Shown: positions 38,080 to 49,900 of the stretch, piece by piece | Layout: each line of letters starts with the position of its first letter | Position numbering within the stretch: position 1 is the stretch's first letter | From: Laetmonice hystrix | Taxonomy: Eukaryota | Direction of reading: 5' to 3' | DNA: 64,000 nucleotides | Assembly (NCBI GenBank): GCA_965235115.1 | Contig: OZ249436.1 | Location: forward strand, 20,896,001 to 20,960,000 | Notes under the pieces: model-generated | The model's database searches: none | What the model was told of the DNA's origin: nothing | Seen by the model: the letters and a program-made list of their open reading frames with translations, nothing else | Translations under genes and position numbers: made by a program

Positions 38080-38450
38080 TACGGTGGCCCATAAGAGGCT
38101 TGGATGTGGTATTTACTATTTACATGACAAATTATATGAGAATCCAACGAATTCAGATGAAAACGGAAGAAATGTTTCTACAGCGGTGGAGGTATTTCTA
38201 CGGCGGTGATAATATGTCCACCGCGGTGTAAATAGTTCTTGTTTTCATTCGTGTTTCTGCAGGTAATATTTTTTCTTCATTGCAAGCTTGTCTGCCTTCC
38301 CAATTATTATTCTAAGTTCGTTCTCCTCTATTCGCCGTAAAGGAGTGCGAATTATAATAATAAAAATTTAAAAGTGAAACCCCGAAACCCTTATCTTGAT
38401 TTCCTTGGAAATAACAAATAACGCTTACATGTCCCTTATGGGCCACCGTA
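38080..38450. mobile_element. IS3EU-like MITE
   Basis: Perfect 16-bp TIR TACGGTGGCCCATAAG / CTTATGGGCCACCGTA extending imperfectly inward. TSD not clean (AATAGC(TA) versus CATAGC). Confidence 0.7.
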
Positions 38451-39116
38451 CATAGCATTTCCATATCATTAACAAACCGCTTCGTCTTGAGTGTAATTAA
38501 TAACTGACTTACTAATGAAGGGTAAATTTAGTTGTTAGTGTAAATATTATATAGCTGAAAAGGGGTAAACATGGAAGTTAAGGTTAGATATTGACTTGCA
38601 TGGAGTTATCAGGTTAGATATTGAAAAATGTAGGACTCGTAATAGCTGACCGAGTTCATATAATGTTAAATATAAGATATCAACAACAACAACAACAACA
38701 ACAAAAATTTAAATAAAAAAGAACACAAAGAACAGCAAGCAGTTATGGCCCGATAGACCCACAAACCGTCGACATATATGGAGCTATAGGGCCCATTTAA
38801 AGCCTACCCATATGCATTTCTTGTGGATAAATTGTGGGAACAAACAATGATCCATTTCGCCCTTCATTTACTGGATTGTAGCGGTCCATAATAATTAACA
38901 TGACATATGGGTAGAAATTCCGGGAGTTAAATGAGATTACCAAGTCCACACATTCGGCAAACCTCGGGAGTTTCCGTACCGTGCACTTACCCTCAGCCAT
39001 CGCTGGTGGAAGGATATTACAGTGCTGGTATCAAAAAATGGCGGCTCGGTGATTAGGCCTTGCGGCGCATCACTTAGTATTATAGCGCCAATATAGTTCA
39101 AAGAGCTGTCGCCAAG

Positions 39117-39257
39117 ATGGAGTTTAACAAGAAGTTGGCGGATGCCAAATTTCAACTCGGGGTTCATTTCAACCTCAGAAAGAAACAAACAGAGACACTA
39201 AATCTGTTTCACGAACGGGACTGTATTTCGGTCCTACCAAGGGGATACGGCAAAAGC
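39117..39257 (+). pseudogene. 5' fragment of a RecQ-type SF2 helicase gene (AcademH-transposon type)
   Basis: MEFNKKLADAKFQLGVHFNLRKKQTETLNLFHERDCISVLPRGYGKS shows Q-motif spacing and motif I (consensus LPTGxGKS; ACG>AGG would explain T>R). Good start context CAAGATGG. Similarity stops just before the MITE at 39266. Confidence 0.65.
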
Positions 39258-39265
39258 AGAGGAGT

Positions 39266-39784
39266 TGTTCCAGCTAGATATGTCCGAACGGCTAGTTATG
39301 TCCGAGATGATATATGTCCGAAAATATCAGCTAGATGTGTCCAGTAATCCGGATATATGTCCGCAAATATCAGCTAGAGGGTAGGGTTCACTAGTCCCAG
39401 GGTTCACTAGTCCCAGGGTTCACTAGTCCGAAGTGGGCAATAGGCAACCCTAACCCTAAAACCAAATATGTCTGAAGTTAGCTCCCTATTTGCCCCACGT
39501 TCCCCTGCCATTGCCTACTGCCAACTTCGGACTAGTGGACCCTCGGACTAGTAGGCAGTTCCCCAGCTGGATGTGTCCGGTAATCTGGATATGTCCGCAA
39601 ATGTCAGCTAGATATGTCTGGTAATCCGGATATGTCCGCAAATGTCAGCTAGATGTGTCCGGTACCAGACACATCTAGCTGATATTTGCGGACATATCCA
39701 TTTCTTCGGACACAGCTAGCTGATGTTTGCGGACATATTTCCTATCGGACAAAACTAGCCGTTCGGACGTATCTAGCCGGAACA
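39266..39784. mobile_element. TGT..ACA palindromic MITE (Ginger-like), copy 1
   Basis: TIR TGTTCC(A/G)GCTAGATA(T/C)GTCCGAACGGCTAGTT. 5-bp flanks GGAGT/GGGGT. Internal tandem units. Confidence 0.8.
39379..39563. mobile_element. Nested small TIR element with 8-bp TSD
   Basis: GGG..CCC ends, inverted arms ACTAGTCC(C/G)AGGGT(T/C)CACTAGTCCGAAGT. Flanks CAGCTAGA (39371-39378) and CAGCTGGA (39564-39571). Contains CCCTAA motifs. Confidence 0.7.
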
Positions 39785-40126
39785 GGGGTCCATCTAGGTC
39801 TTGCGATAATAGAACCAAAACATTGCGACCGAGGCGACTCAAAGTTTTTGTAGTCTGTCTTGGTATCGGCTCGTCAGCTTAGATCTACTTCTCGTGGAAC
39901 TGACCATTGAATAAGATTCTTCTAGTATTATAACTAGTAAGATTAAACAGTGTCGTGTGTTGTCAATATGTTAATGTCCAGTGTGAGTTGAAACATGTGA
40001 AGAGAGGGCTCCGCCCGACTGGTGTTGGCGGTAGAAGCTATAGGCGGGAGACGGCCAGTGATGTCCCTGCTACTCGCGCCGAGTCGCGGCAAGCACAGAC
40101 CAAGCACCCGGGCCCGAGTCAGGGTC

Positions 40127-41372
40127 TGTTTCGGCTAGATAGGCTATGTCCGAACGGCTAGGTATGTCCGACAGGAGATATGTCCGCAAACATGAACTAG
40201 ATGTGTCCGGAGAAATTGATATGTCTGCAAATATCAGCTAGATATAGACTAAACTGCCGGTCTCGCTCAGCCTTGGAATATCCATTTTAATACATCGCTG
40301 AAACTATAGAAAAAAAAACCGTTAACATTGTTTTGGTGATAGGCCACATCATTTCGGCTCATTCAGCCCCCCCCCCCCGATCCTGATGAATGGGAGGCGA
40401 GAGCAAGTTGAGAACAACTAAAAGAATAAGGGATTGGTCTGACTCTTCAGGGTCCAAGTCCTAACGTTCGTAACTGTCGTCTGGAGACACGCGATAGCCC
40501 ATTGAGAACCCTTCAGACGAGTTGTCCACGGATCTTCCAGTTTCACCCTCACCTCTTCCTCGTGGACACCAAGCGAACCGAACTCTTCGTACTGTCAGGT
40601 TTTCAACAGCGTCTATTTCTAGACTTCGACCGAACGTGGAGACCCGAGTCTCGCCTTTCCTAGACAGTTGTATAGTGTTACTAATTGCTTTACACACCCT
40701 GTTGGTCGGGCACCACAGAACAGGTGTGACAGACACAGCACAGGGGTTGTTCACGATATTAAACTATATCTCAGCGAAATCACAAACCTTAAGGTAGTGC
40801 GTGTTATAGGTAAACATTTAAGCATACTTTTAAAAATGCATTTTGTCTTGATTCTTAACATTTGGTTTAGTGAAAATCCAAGAAATTGTATACATCCAGG
40901 CAACAACCACCCATGCCAACGTCCTATAGACGAAGGTGACACCAAGCGTCAATAGAGGTTATGTAGTGACGTCATTTGGAGGGAAACAGCATGGTTATGC
41001 TTATGTTCATGGGCATTGGCGGAGTCGGGTCACGGTTCACTGGCTTCTATTGTCCAGGGCCTATTTATAAATGTACCTCGGTTTCTTGTCCCTCCAAAAT
41101 ACGTCACCTGCATAACCTCAATATCCACATTGCAGGTATTGGTGGTAGGCCTATCTGTGATGGATGCTGCCATCTGGTGGTCAGTTTTATATAAGCGCAA
41201 TGTAGAGGATAATCCCGATATGTCCGCAAATGTCAGCTAAATGTGTCCGGTAATCCGGATATGTCCGCAAATATCAGCTAGATGTGTCCGGTACCGGACA
41301 CAGCTAGCTGATGTTTGCGGACATATCTCCTATCGGACATAACTAGCCGTTCGGACGTATCTAGCCGGAACA
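40127..41372. mobile_element. TGT..ACA element (Ginger-like), copy 2, containing ~965 bp of unrelated sequence
   Basis: Same ~80-bp TIRs as copy 1. Perfect 5-bp TSD GGGTC at 40122-40126 and 41373-41377. Confidence 0.8.
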
Positions 41373-42858
41373 GGGTCACTCAGCCGACAATCAACTCGTA
41401 ATTTTTCATACACTGCGCTAAGAATCGTTATCAAACTTACCACCCACAAAGGCTTATATTATGTTCTAAAGCTAGGAGCATGTTTTTAATACCTCAGACT
41501 GGTTGCGAACCCCCATAACTAAGTAGTTCCAATATGGCGGCCTACGCGCGATGACCGAGAGGACTGTAACGACAGTTCCGAGGTGAGCCGAATGCAAGTC
41601 CACAGTATACTGCATGGTGGGCGGAAACTGCCAATGTTCTTCGTATCAACGTGAGAAACACGAGACGGGTTAGTGTAAACGGCACGCACAGCCCCCAAAC
41701 GGCCACACCCCGTTCTCTGAAGGGATCATAAGCGTCTCTGGATTCTTTATGGAAAGGCGATTTGCCATGGAGGGAACAACGCTCACACAACAAGGTCACA
41801 GAGACTAGGGTGTAACATGTCAGGTGGCTTTATCTCTGCCCCCCTGGGCGTGATGACATGCAGGTTTACGGGTGGAACCCGAGCTACACGTACCAGACCC
41901 TATTAGCCCTTGTACCCACTCCGCCACACGGATAACGCATCCGTGAAATATGACCTGCATGGAAGTCGCAACAGTTTATTGACACAAATACAGAGGACAG
42001 CCCCAAATATAGGCTAATTTATATAATTTCTGACATGACTGTCGGTCTTTTGTTGGGCATCACCACAGCTTTCTGATGAGACGGGATTGCAGACCCCCCC
42101 CCCCCCCAGTGGCCACTGTTTACATGTAATTAGGCCTATAGATAGGGTAAATAGTGCTGCAGCAGGAGGCCTCAAAAACAGGAACACCTACACCGGCTCA
42201 TTAATAAAGGTTGACATATATCATCTTGTTGACCTGGTTGTCAGGGTTACGGGATGCATGATGCCAAGCTGGCCACTTATTACAAACAGCAGGGTCAAAG
42301 GTCAAAGGTCAAAATTCATCAAAATATTGATGCACCCCAAAAAATGACATCTTTCGCTCTGTTTTTGTAAGTGTAACAGCTAGGCTTACTATCCTTTAGT
42401 TAATTATAGACACTTAAGGGCTCACCCGACAGAACCAATTTGGATGACCTTGAGAAAGGTCAAGGTCATATAATCATGCTCTGAATTTCGAAAATTCGTA
42501 AAATATAGTGACTTGACAGCCTGTCGTTTCTTGTTAAGCTGTAAATTGTCACCAGAACTATAAGAAAATGTTGTTACAAATGAAAGACAATCCCGCCTAG
42601 ATGATTAAAGTGTAAAAATACATATCAGTCAATGAGTTTCCATGGTAACACGGTCCATCTGTGACCATGACATCTGCCATTTCACTTCTGGTAATGGTTA
42701 TATTCCTTAAGCATGCTAGGCATTTTTGAGAAAAATATGTCAAACGTGTATTTCTGGAGAGTTTTTGGGTGCTGAATCCAAATCTGTTGTTTGCCAGACT
42801 GGCCGGACCCATTGAAATTCTGTTGCCTAGCAACCGATTAACATTGTCAAACAGCTTA

Positions 42859-43306
42859 AGCTATGTTTTCATTAGCGCGGCTCCGGTCCGGACACGGGCA
42901 CGCGGGTACTGTTAATATCGCACGTCGTTGTTCTTAATGCAAGACTTGTTTCCAGTCTGGCGCCCGTCCGGGCGTCGCATGCGGCTGTTCCCGATCGCAT
43001 CATGTAGCGATTCGAGCACAGCCGCAGATGAACCGCATGAGGGATCCCCTTGATCCTAGGGGGTTCCCACCAATTACATTAGTGTTCTTCACTCAAAAAA
43101 TGGATGACACCATGCCTCACGTTGTCAGCAAGCAAGATAAACTTAACGAAAAACTGATCGATTCGGCAGGTGTCTGTCCTATGACCCTATACCAACAACA
43201 TTGAGACGCAGCCGGGCCGCACCTTTAAAAACAGCGACGTCCCATATCAGCCGTACCCGTGCCCGCACCGCAGCCGGACCGCAGCCGCGTTAATGGAAAC
43301 TCAGTT
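42859..43306. mobile_element. TIR MITE
   Basis: AGCTATGTTTTCATTAGCGCGGCTCCGGTCCGG versus reverse complement AACTGAGTTTCCATTAACGCGGCTGCGGTCCGG. Confidence 0.65.
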
Positions 43307-44677
43307 TTATCCTAGGGGGTTCCCACCTATTTCGCGCGTGTTCTTCACTGAAAAAAAAGGATGACACAATGCCACGCGTGGTCAGTAAGAAGGTCTCGAA
43401 AAACTCATCGAAAACCCCATCAATCCGGCAGGTGTCTGTACAATGACCCTATACCAAGAGATACATTAAGACGCAGCCGGGCCGCACCTTTACAACGACG
43501 TGAACGTTAAATCGCAACCTGATTGGAGCGTGATCGCAACGGAATCGCCTAGTGTAGCACATATTGTACCCTGGATAGAACTTTAGAAGCACTTAATCGA
43601 GTCTTATGGCGGGGATAACCAGGAAGCAGCGGTCCAGCAGCCACAATTCGAGCTCGGCAATGTTCGGCTGTTCCGGTCGGGGATTTCTAGGTCAGGTCAG
43701 AGGTCTCTCAAACGCTAGTGCCCAATGTTTGACAGCGATTGAACGAAGGGACCGATCTCTGTCCGGAAAGTGGGTTAGTACCTGGTTAGCACTCTTTTGG
43801 GGACGCGAAAGTTCCGTTGTAATTATCTAATTATCTAATTGAGGATGATCTAATTGGCGCTCTTTAGTCTATTAACAACCAATTTGAGACTCAAGTAACA
43901 CTAACCTTAGGCCTCACCTAAACCCTAACCCAAATATATTGTTTCATGTCGGTAATGACATGTGCTCCTTCCCATGACCCTCTTCGTGCCTCGACTGTCA
44001 CTGCCACAAGTGGCAAACTTAGGCCGTGGGCCCCAGGTACTAAATGTGGCTAGAAATCGATTTTCGTGACCATACCCGAGAGACTACTTGAAATTGGAAG
44101 TTTCTAGACAATTCCGACCTGTGGAACCCGAATTTGATTGTTGTCAAGTCCAAATCTTGCACAATACGGAGCTAGATGACTTTTTGGGTAAAAATCTCCT
44201 TTTTTGAAATTCGTCTCAAATTCAATGAAATTGCTAATAACGTCAAAGATATTGCAGAGGGAGCCTTCAAACTTGTTATGCCGTGACGTAGGACATAGGG
44301 CAAGACATTAAATGGACAAAAATAGTGAAACTCCAGGTCGCGATGAACGAAAACACGTTTTTTGGAAAAAAATGCGTTTTTGCATTTTTTTATTTAAATT
44401 TTTTTAAAAAGGCACCAAATGCAGTGATAATTTTTTTCTGTCAATACGAATCTGATCCTTATAACATGACACAGTTTTTGGTAAAGTTTCATGAAATTTG
44501 ACATACAAATAATATTTTTTTTAAATCCTTAGCATCACTCGTCGAATTATAATTGCAATGTATGCCTATTTTCATATTTAAAAGCCGGAAAACCACCACA
44601 GCAAAAGTGCGAGGTGAGCGTCCTCTACACATTAAAGTCACGTGTGCATGTCTTGATACCTATTTGATACGCAAATA

Positions 44678-45960
44678 CAGTGACGTAGCCTCCATTGGGT
44701 GTACCCGGCGTACGCCCCCCCCCCCCATTTGTTGGCCTAGCATTTGTAAAATATACTGGGTTCATGCATTAAAAAAGTCCTAAAAACATACCTTTAAATC
44801 TTACTGTTTGCAGAATGTATCAGATAGCCTGCAATAGGATCCTACATTTTAAATATTTCGGGGGGAGGGCATACTCCCAGGTGTACACCCTTACCCCCCC
44901 CCCCCCCCCCCCTTGGTGGATTTCTAGCTACCTCACACTGAAATAAGAGTGCCAGTCGCAGGGATAGGCTATTGTTAGACGCTCTATTGCTGGGTCTTTT
45001 GTTTTGCGATTCACTGACGTGTGAAGAAAATGTAAATAGCCTAGCCCCTGCCCCTCCCCCTCCGGGATTTTTGGGCAGGCTACGGCCCTGGTTTGTATAG
45101 CATGTCAACATTGACAAGTGCTATTTATAAAAGTGCTATTTACACATATGATAGCCTCAGACATAGGCCTACAACTTAATAGCTTTCAATGTGTATTATT
45201 ACAATGCTACTTTTCTCTTCTTCATCCCAGAAAAATGTTTTATAACAGTTTCGATATTCACCCTCATATCACCCCCCCCCCCGTTATACAATTATGCAAT
45301 AAGCTATTAGGCTTCTTTTTCCAGGCTCAGTTTCCCACCATGATATTTCAAATTTTCCGCAGAAATTTCCCCAAACTTTCCCAAAATACTTCCAGGGGCC
45401 GGGCAGACGCGGACTAGGATTTTTTCAAGGGGGTGGGGGGGGGGGGTGGGGGTGGGGGGTTACGGAGACGCCAACAGTGCCGAGCTCGCGAAGCGAGGGA
45501 GCCCTGACGGGTGGGGTCCAGTAGGCGCTTATAATTGGTGGCTCTGAGGGGGGATTAAACCCCCTAAACCCCCCTGGATCCCCCAGTGCAGGGGGGTATG
45601 AAGTCTGCCCCCTGCTCTCGGTAGCTACGACACTGCCTTAGACCTGATCTGTAACCCCAATGGCCAATGGCACAGTACGTGGGGGAGGAAGAACAGCCAG
45701 TATTGTGTTGATTCCCCCATATAATGTTGTATTGGAATAAAAAATAATAATAATAACCCCCCCCCCCCAGATTTTGTAAGAAAGTTAGGCAGATTTAGGC
45801 TTGCGCCAAGGGGGGGGGCTTGTCAAGTGGGGAGGGTGTGCCAAGAGGAAGCGGTGCATGTGTAGGCCTATGTTTTTAAACTTTCAAACAGAAAAAAAGA
45901 TAAATTACTTCGTAAGTGGTTACTCCGACCCCCCCCCCCCCCCCCCCGGATCCGCCACTG
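44678..45960. mobile_element. Cluster of fragmentary hAT-type MITEs
   Basis: Multiple CAGTG/CAGGG-type termini (e.g. CAGTGACGTAGC, GGCTACGGCCCTG, GGATCCGCCACTG) with poly-G/C subterminal runs. Individual boundaries unresolved. Confidence 0.5.
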
Positions 45961-46434
45961 AGGCCGATAACATAGGCCTAACTTCTGTGGGCCTTGGTCC
46001 AAGGCTTGGAGGGCTGTATAGCCGCTATAGGGGCCTATAAAAGCCTATATAACCTAAAATAACCCATAGACCAGGTCAAGAGAGGTAACCTCCTGGGAGG
46101 TTGTAGTACAAATGTACGGATGGGTGACCTTGGATACTGTCAGAGTCCATATCCGATGCACGCCATATCGACCAAGATTCCATCTCCCACTCACCTCGAA
46201 TCAGGTGGTCAAGTCAACGGGCGACAGTCGCCCATGCCCCCGATACGGGGGTCCACTGGTTGCGGTCTTTAGACGGGGCGACATGCCAATTTGGTCGGCC
46301 GAAAACATAGCGAAAAATCTCTAACCGGGTGCTTAAATTAACAGGAATTCGTCGTAATACCCTCCAACTAATGAAATGATTGCTAAAAACTGTTATTTAT
46401 AAGGAGAATTGTCGACTGGAGAATGAAATGTAGA

Positions 46435-46677
46435 CTACACTTGGGACATCGAGTCTGACATACTCAGCTGGGTCATGGCGCGCATAGAACACGAAACAAT
46501 CTGCGTCTCCCTGCAATCCTTTAGGTCTTTCCATCTTTCTGCACACTCGCGTGCCTTCTTCCAACTTAGCGCTGTGAACTGAGTCACTTTAGATTTTTCT
46601 TTTACAAACACATGCAGCAAACAAGTCATTTTTTCAGGCTCTGCGGAGTCCTCTTCCACCTGTCTCGAGGTCGCCAT
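46435..46677 (-). pseudogene. Putative transposase N-terminal remnant
   Basis: Strong start context AATATGGCG, CCAAT box ~55 bp upstream. Peptide ..TCLLHVF..FTALSWKKARECAERWKDL.. looks protein-like and lies just inside the TIR. Assignment is by position and recalled resemblance only. Confidence 0.45.
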
Positions 46678-46899
46678 ATTGATGTTTATTTATTATAATG
46701 AGGAACACACACCCTCGTATGCGTAATCTGATTGGCCGAGAGGATTACGAAATAGTTCGAACGTTAATTCTCGTTTTTTATTAATTGTGCAAGTTTTGCA
46801 CATGACAACAAGTGGATTTGTCTTCAGTACTAACTTACACAACTATTTCATGCAGAATTAGATAGTCTCATTGATATGGTCACGAAACTGAACGAAAAT

Positions 46900-47361
46900 T
46901 AGCCTGGTCCCCGCCGCCTTACCATACGCATCCGCTTGATGTTAGGCCCGGTGATGGCTAACAGAAAGCTGTAAAACGGAAGTGGTGATCTCCAAGCACT
47001 TCCGCCTCGGAGCTAATCACTTCCGCCTCCGGTCCGTTGGTCAGCGTTAACAGAGTGATTGACTTCTGCTTGGAGCGTGGCCGGGAGTGGCCAACAATAG
47101 CAACATGCCCCTGCGTATGCAGACCGTAGCAGGTGGTGGGACTGCTGACGCTATGTTTACATCCAGAAAAGCGAGGACATTTAACACTTGTATTTTAAAG
47201 GGATTGATGAAAATATTTGTGTCTTGTTGGAGAAATACGGAGGGTACGGAACTATACCTCGTTTGCGTCCATGTTTTCGATGGGCCAATCACAATGCTCG
47301 CTTCGATTGGCCTACGCCAGGCTCTATATACGAAGTTAATATAGAGCTGGGGACCCGGCTA
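46900..47361. mobile_element. AcademH-like non-autonomous element (9-bp TSD)
   Basis: TIR TAGCC(T/G)GGTCCCC. Perfect 9-bp TSD AACGAAAAT at 46891-46899 and 47362-47370. Confidence 0.8.
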
Positions 47362-48279
47362 AACGAAAATCGACCACGGCCCACGGCCTAACTGGTTCCC
47401 TGCCTAGAGAAGTGAAGCAGGGACCCAGCCAGTGCCAGGCTGCCGGGACTATACTCCTCTGCTGTTTTCATTATGTCGTGAGCAATAAAAACTCCAAAAA
47501 CCTTTTCTAATTTGTGGCCGAGGTTGTTAACTTGCCATCTCCTATCTCCTATTCTACCGTGCAAACAGCAAAAACATCCCACAGAATATACATGTAATTT
47601 AACGGGTGATTTGTTGCCAGGCTGTTTGCGCGGGATCCCCGTCCTGCGGAGTGAGCCCAACTTGGTGAGCCGTCTACGCGGAACGCGGAACGCGCGACCT
47701 GTTCACATCCGACAATGAAATAGTTCTTAAAACAAATGCGATGGAATGTATTCGGGATAGAACATATCATGTTGATGCTGGTTTATTATGTGATATTTAA
47801 ACATTTTAAACACTATTGGTGAAATCTAGCTTATACGGTACCTATTTTAGGTGTATATGAACTTTGTGGCTGTCGACCACCAAATCTGCAAGTTGTGGCA
47901 GTGAGACTTGAGAGAACCGAGAGGCTCATGGGAAGGAGTTTGGTCGGTCCCGGTAACAAGAGGGGTATACCCGTTACAACGGAACTTTCGCGTCCCCAAA
48001 AGCGTGCTAACCGTTAGTACCTCGTCACCCGACTTCCGGTCGTCCTGACGACATCCGGAGACGCTGCCCGCGACAGTCCCGCCGTGAGAACTCATCTTCT
48101 AACTGCTATCGGATGACTACAAGTATCATCATTACGATGACACTTTGCTCCAGGATAGGATGTCTCTTTCCGTGCGAGCTGACAATATGCTACACCAAAA
48201 CGGAAGTCTAACGAGAAACGAGACAGGTAATGGAGCGCAATACACACTAACTATCGTTAATCTACGTAGGCCTATACCT

Positions 48280-48321
48280 TCTCTGTCTCTCTGTCTGTAT
48301 GTATGTGTGTCTGTCTCTCCC

Positions 48322-48406
<85 letters not shown>
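48280..48406. repeat. Compound (CTGT)n/(CT)n microsatellite
   Basis: Direct inspection. Confidence 0.95.
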
Positions 48407-48409
<3 letters not shown>

Positions 48410-48890
48410 ATCTTTCCTGGCTTTAAGGAAATGGGTTCCATCCTTTAATCTTAAAATCAAAGTAAAATAAAAACGTGATGTCACAATCGCATGGACGTCG
48501 CAAGGAAAATCGCCTTAGTGGAGCAGGCCCTGCTGTATTGTCCGTCGTCCAAATCCAACTATTAAATAAAGGTGTCGACTTGCCTATGATGTCCCAACGG
48601 GCTGTGGAAGGATCGGCTCATTCCTATTTGTTGATCTGCTTTTCAATTCTTAAATTAGGTTCCACTCTTTAATCGTTGATGAAAATTAAATTAAATCGAA
48701 ATAATGGCGCTAGGTAAATCGCTGGCAAATCACAAGGGATATGGTCCCATGCAACCATGCACGCTGCACACGATTAGTTCTTGAATCCTAAAGTTCCTAC
48801 TTGACGGCATACAGCCCAAGAGTTAACCAAATGTCAACGTATAACTCTGAGACGTCCAACCATCGAATCTTGTTCATAAATCAAAGTTAA

Positions 48891-49348
48891 AGGGAGGGAA
48901 ACCCCACACGGCAAATAAGGTTTCGTAGACCAAATGAAACACCAGCATTTACCTCAGGGCAATAAATGCCACAGTTACATTGTCTGAATGAAGTAACGTG
49001 CAAACGCCCGTTGTGTGATGCCGCTGGTTCCTCCCTTGCCCTGCTTGTGTGTTTATCATCTCGGACGTTTACACACCTTTACAAAGACTGGGACTCCAAA
49101 CATCGTGTAGACAAGGTCTGTGAGCAGAGTAACACGTAATGTTACGCAATACGCCGCGGTGTGCAGCATTCGCTGTGATGAACACACAAGCAGGGCAAGG
49201 TATGGAACCAGCGGCATCACACATCGGGCGGTTACACGTTAATTACTTCATTCAGACAACGTAATTGTGGCATTTATTGCCCTGAGGTAAATGCTGGTGT
49301 TTCATTTGGTTTACGAAACCTTATTTGCCGTGGGTGTTATCCCTGCCT
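48891..49348. mobile_element. Kolobok-like foldback MITE (TTAA TSD)
   Basis: TTAA|AGG...CCT|TTAA with ~170-bp inverted arms (CACGGCAAATAAGGTTTCGTA..CCAAATGAAACACCAGCATTTACCTCAGGGCAATAAATGCCAC). Confidence 0.88.
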
Positions 49349-49900
49349 TTAAAAAACGTTTTGTATAATTTTGCCGAAAAAACAGAAATTTGTGTGAGAT
49401 GTCATAATTATGCTACACACTCTAGTCACCCCCTTCCAGCCCCCCTTCCCAGTTCATCTTCGCCAAAAGGTTACTTAATTAAGTGATCGGCTCTTTTTGC
49501 CCCTTAAAGTATATAATGTGCAATTAAGCACTTGACTGCATCGTTAGCACAACATAAAAGTAGAGCACAGAAGCTTTGTGACAGTAACAATGCATCACTT
49601 ATAATCAGCCATCAACGGGGGGACGTAATGCCTCGTTCCTCGTGCCTCTAGTTTTACGACGTCCCATTTCGAAGATCTAATGAGTGTTATGACGACACCA
49701 CCAGTCAGCACTGCTATGAAGTAGATAACGGAATCTCCATTTGGAGAAGCCCATATGGTATCGACCTTCAAGCCTTTCTGGCTAAGGTTGTTTGCGCGCG
49801 GAAATTGCGCGGACTGCGAGTGGTCGGTATACGTATGTAAGGTCGAAGGGTGTCAATATCGGCAACAAAGAACATCAATCTTAGAGAGATGTAGTTTATG

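Larger units (their letters stand above)
44020..47390 (-). mobile_element. Academ-like DNA transposon remnant (3-bp TSD), internally deleted and invaded by MITEs
   Basis: Perfect 13-bp TIR TAGGCCGTGGGCC plus subterminal TTTCGTGACCATA..GAGACTA on both arms. TSD ACT at 44017-44019 and 47391-47393. Carries an inward-pointing ORF remnant at 46435-46677. Confidence 0.75.

Noticed and set aside
44019..46921. Alternative element boundary TTA|GG..CC|TTA (Zator/Harbinger-like)
   Set aside because: The match is only 14/19. A perfect TIR with an ACT TSD appears at 47390 once the 9-bp-TSD insert is removed.
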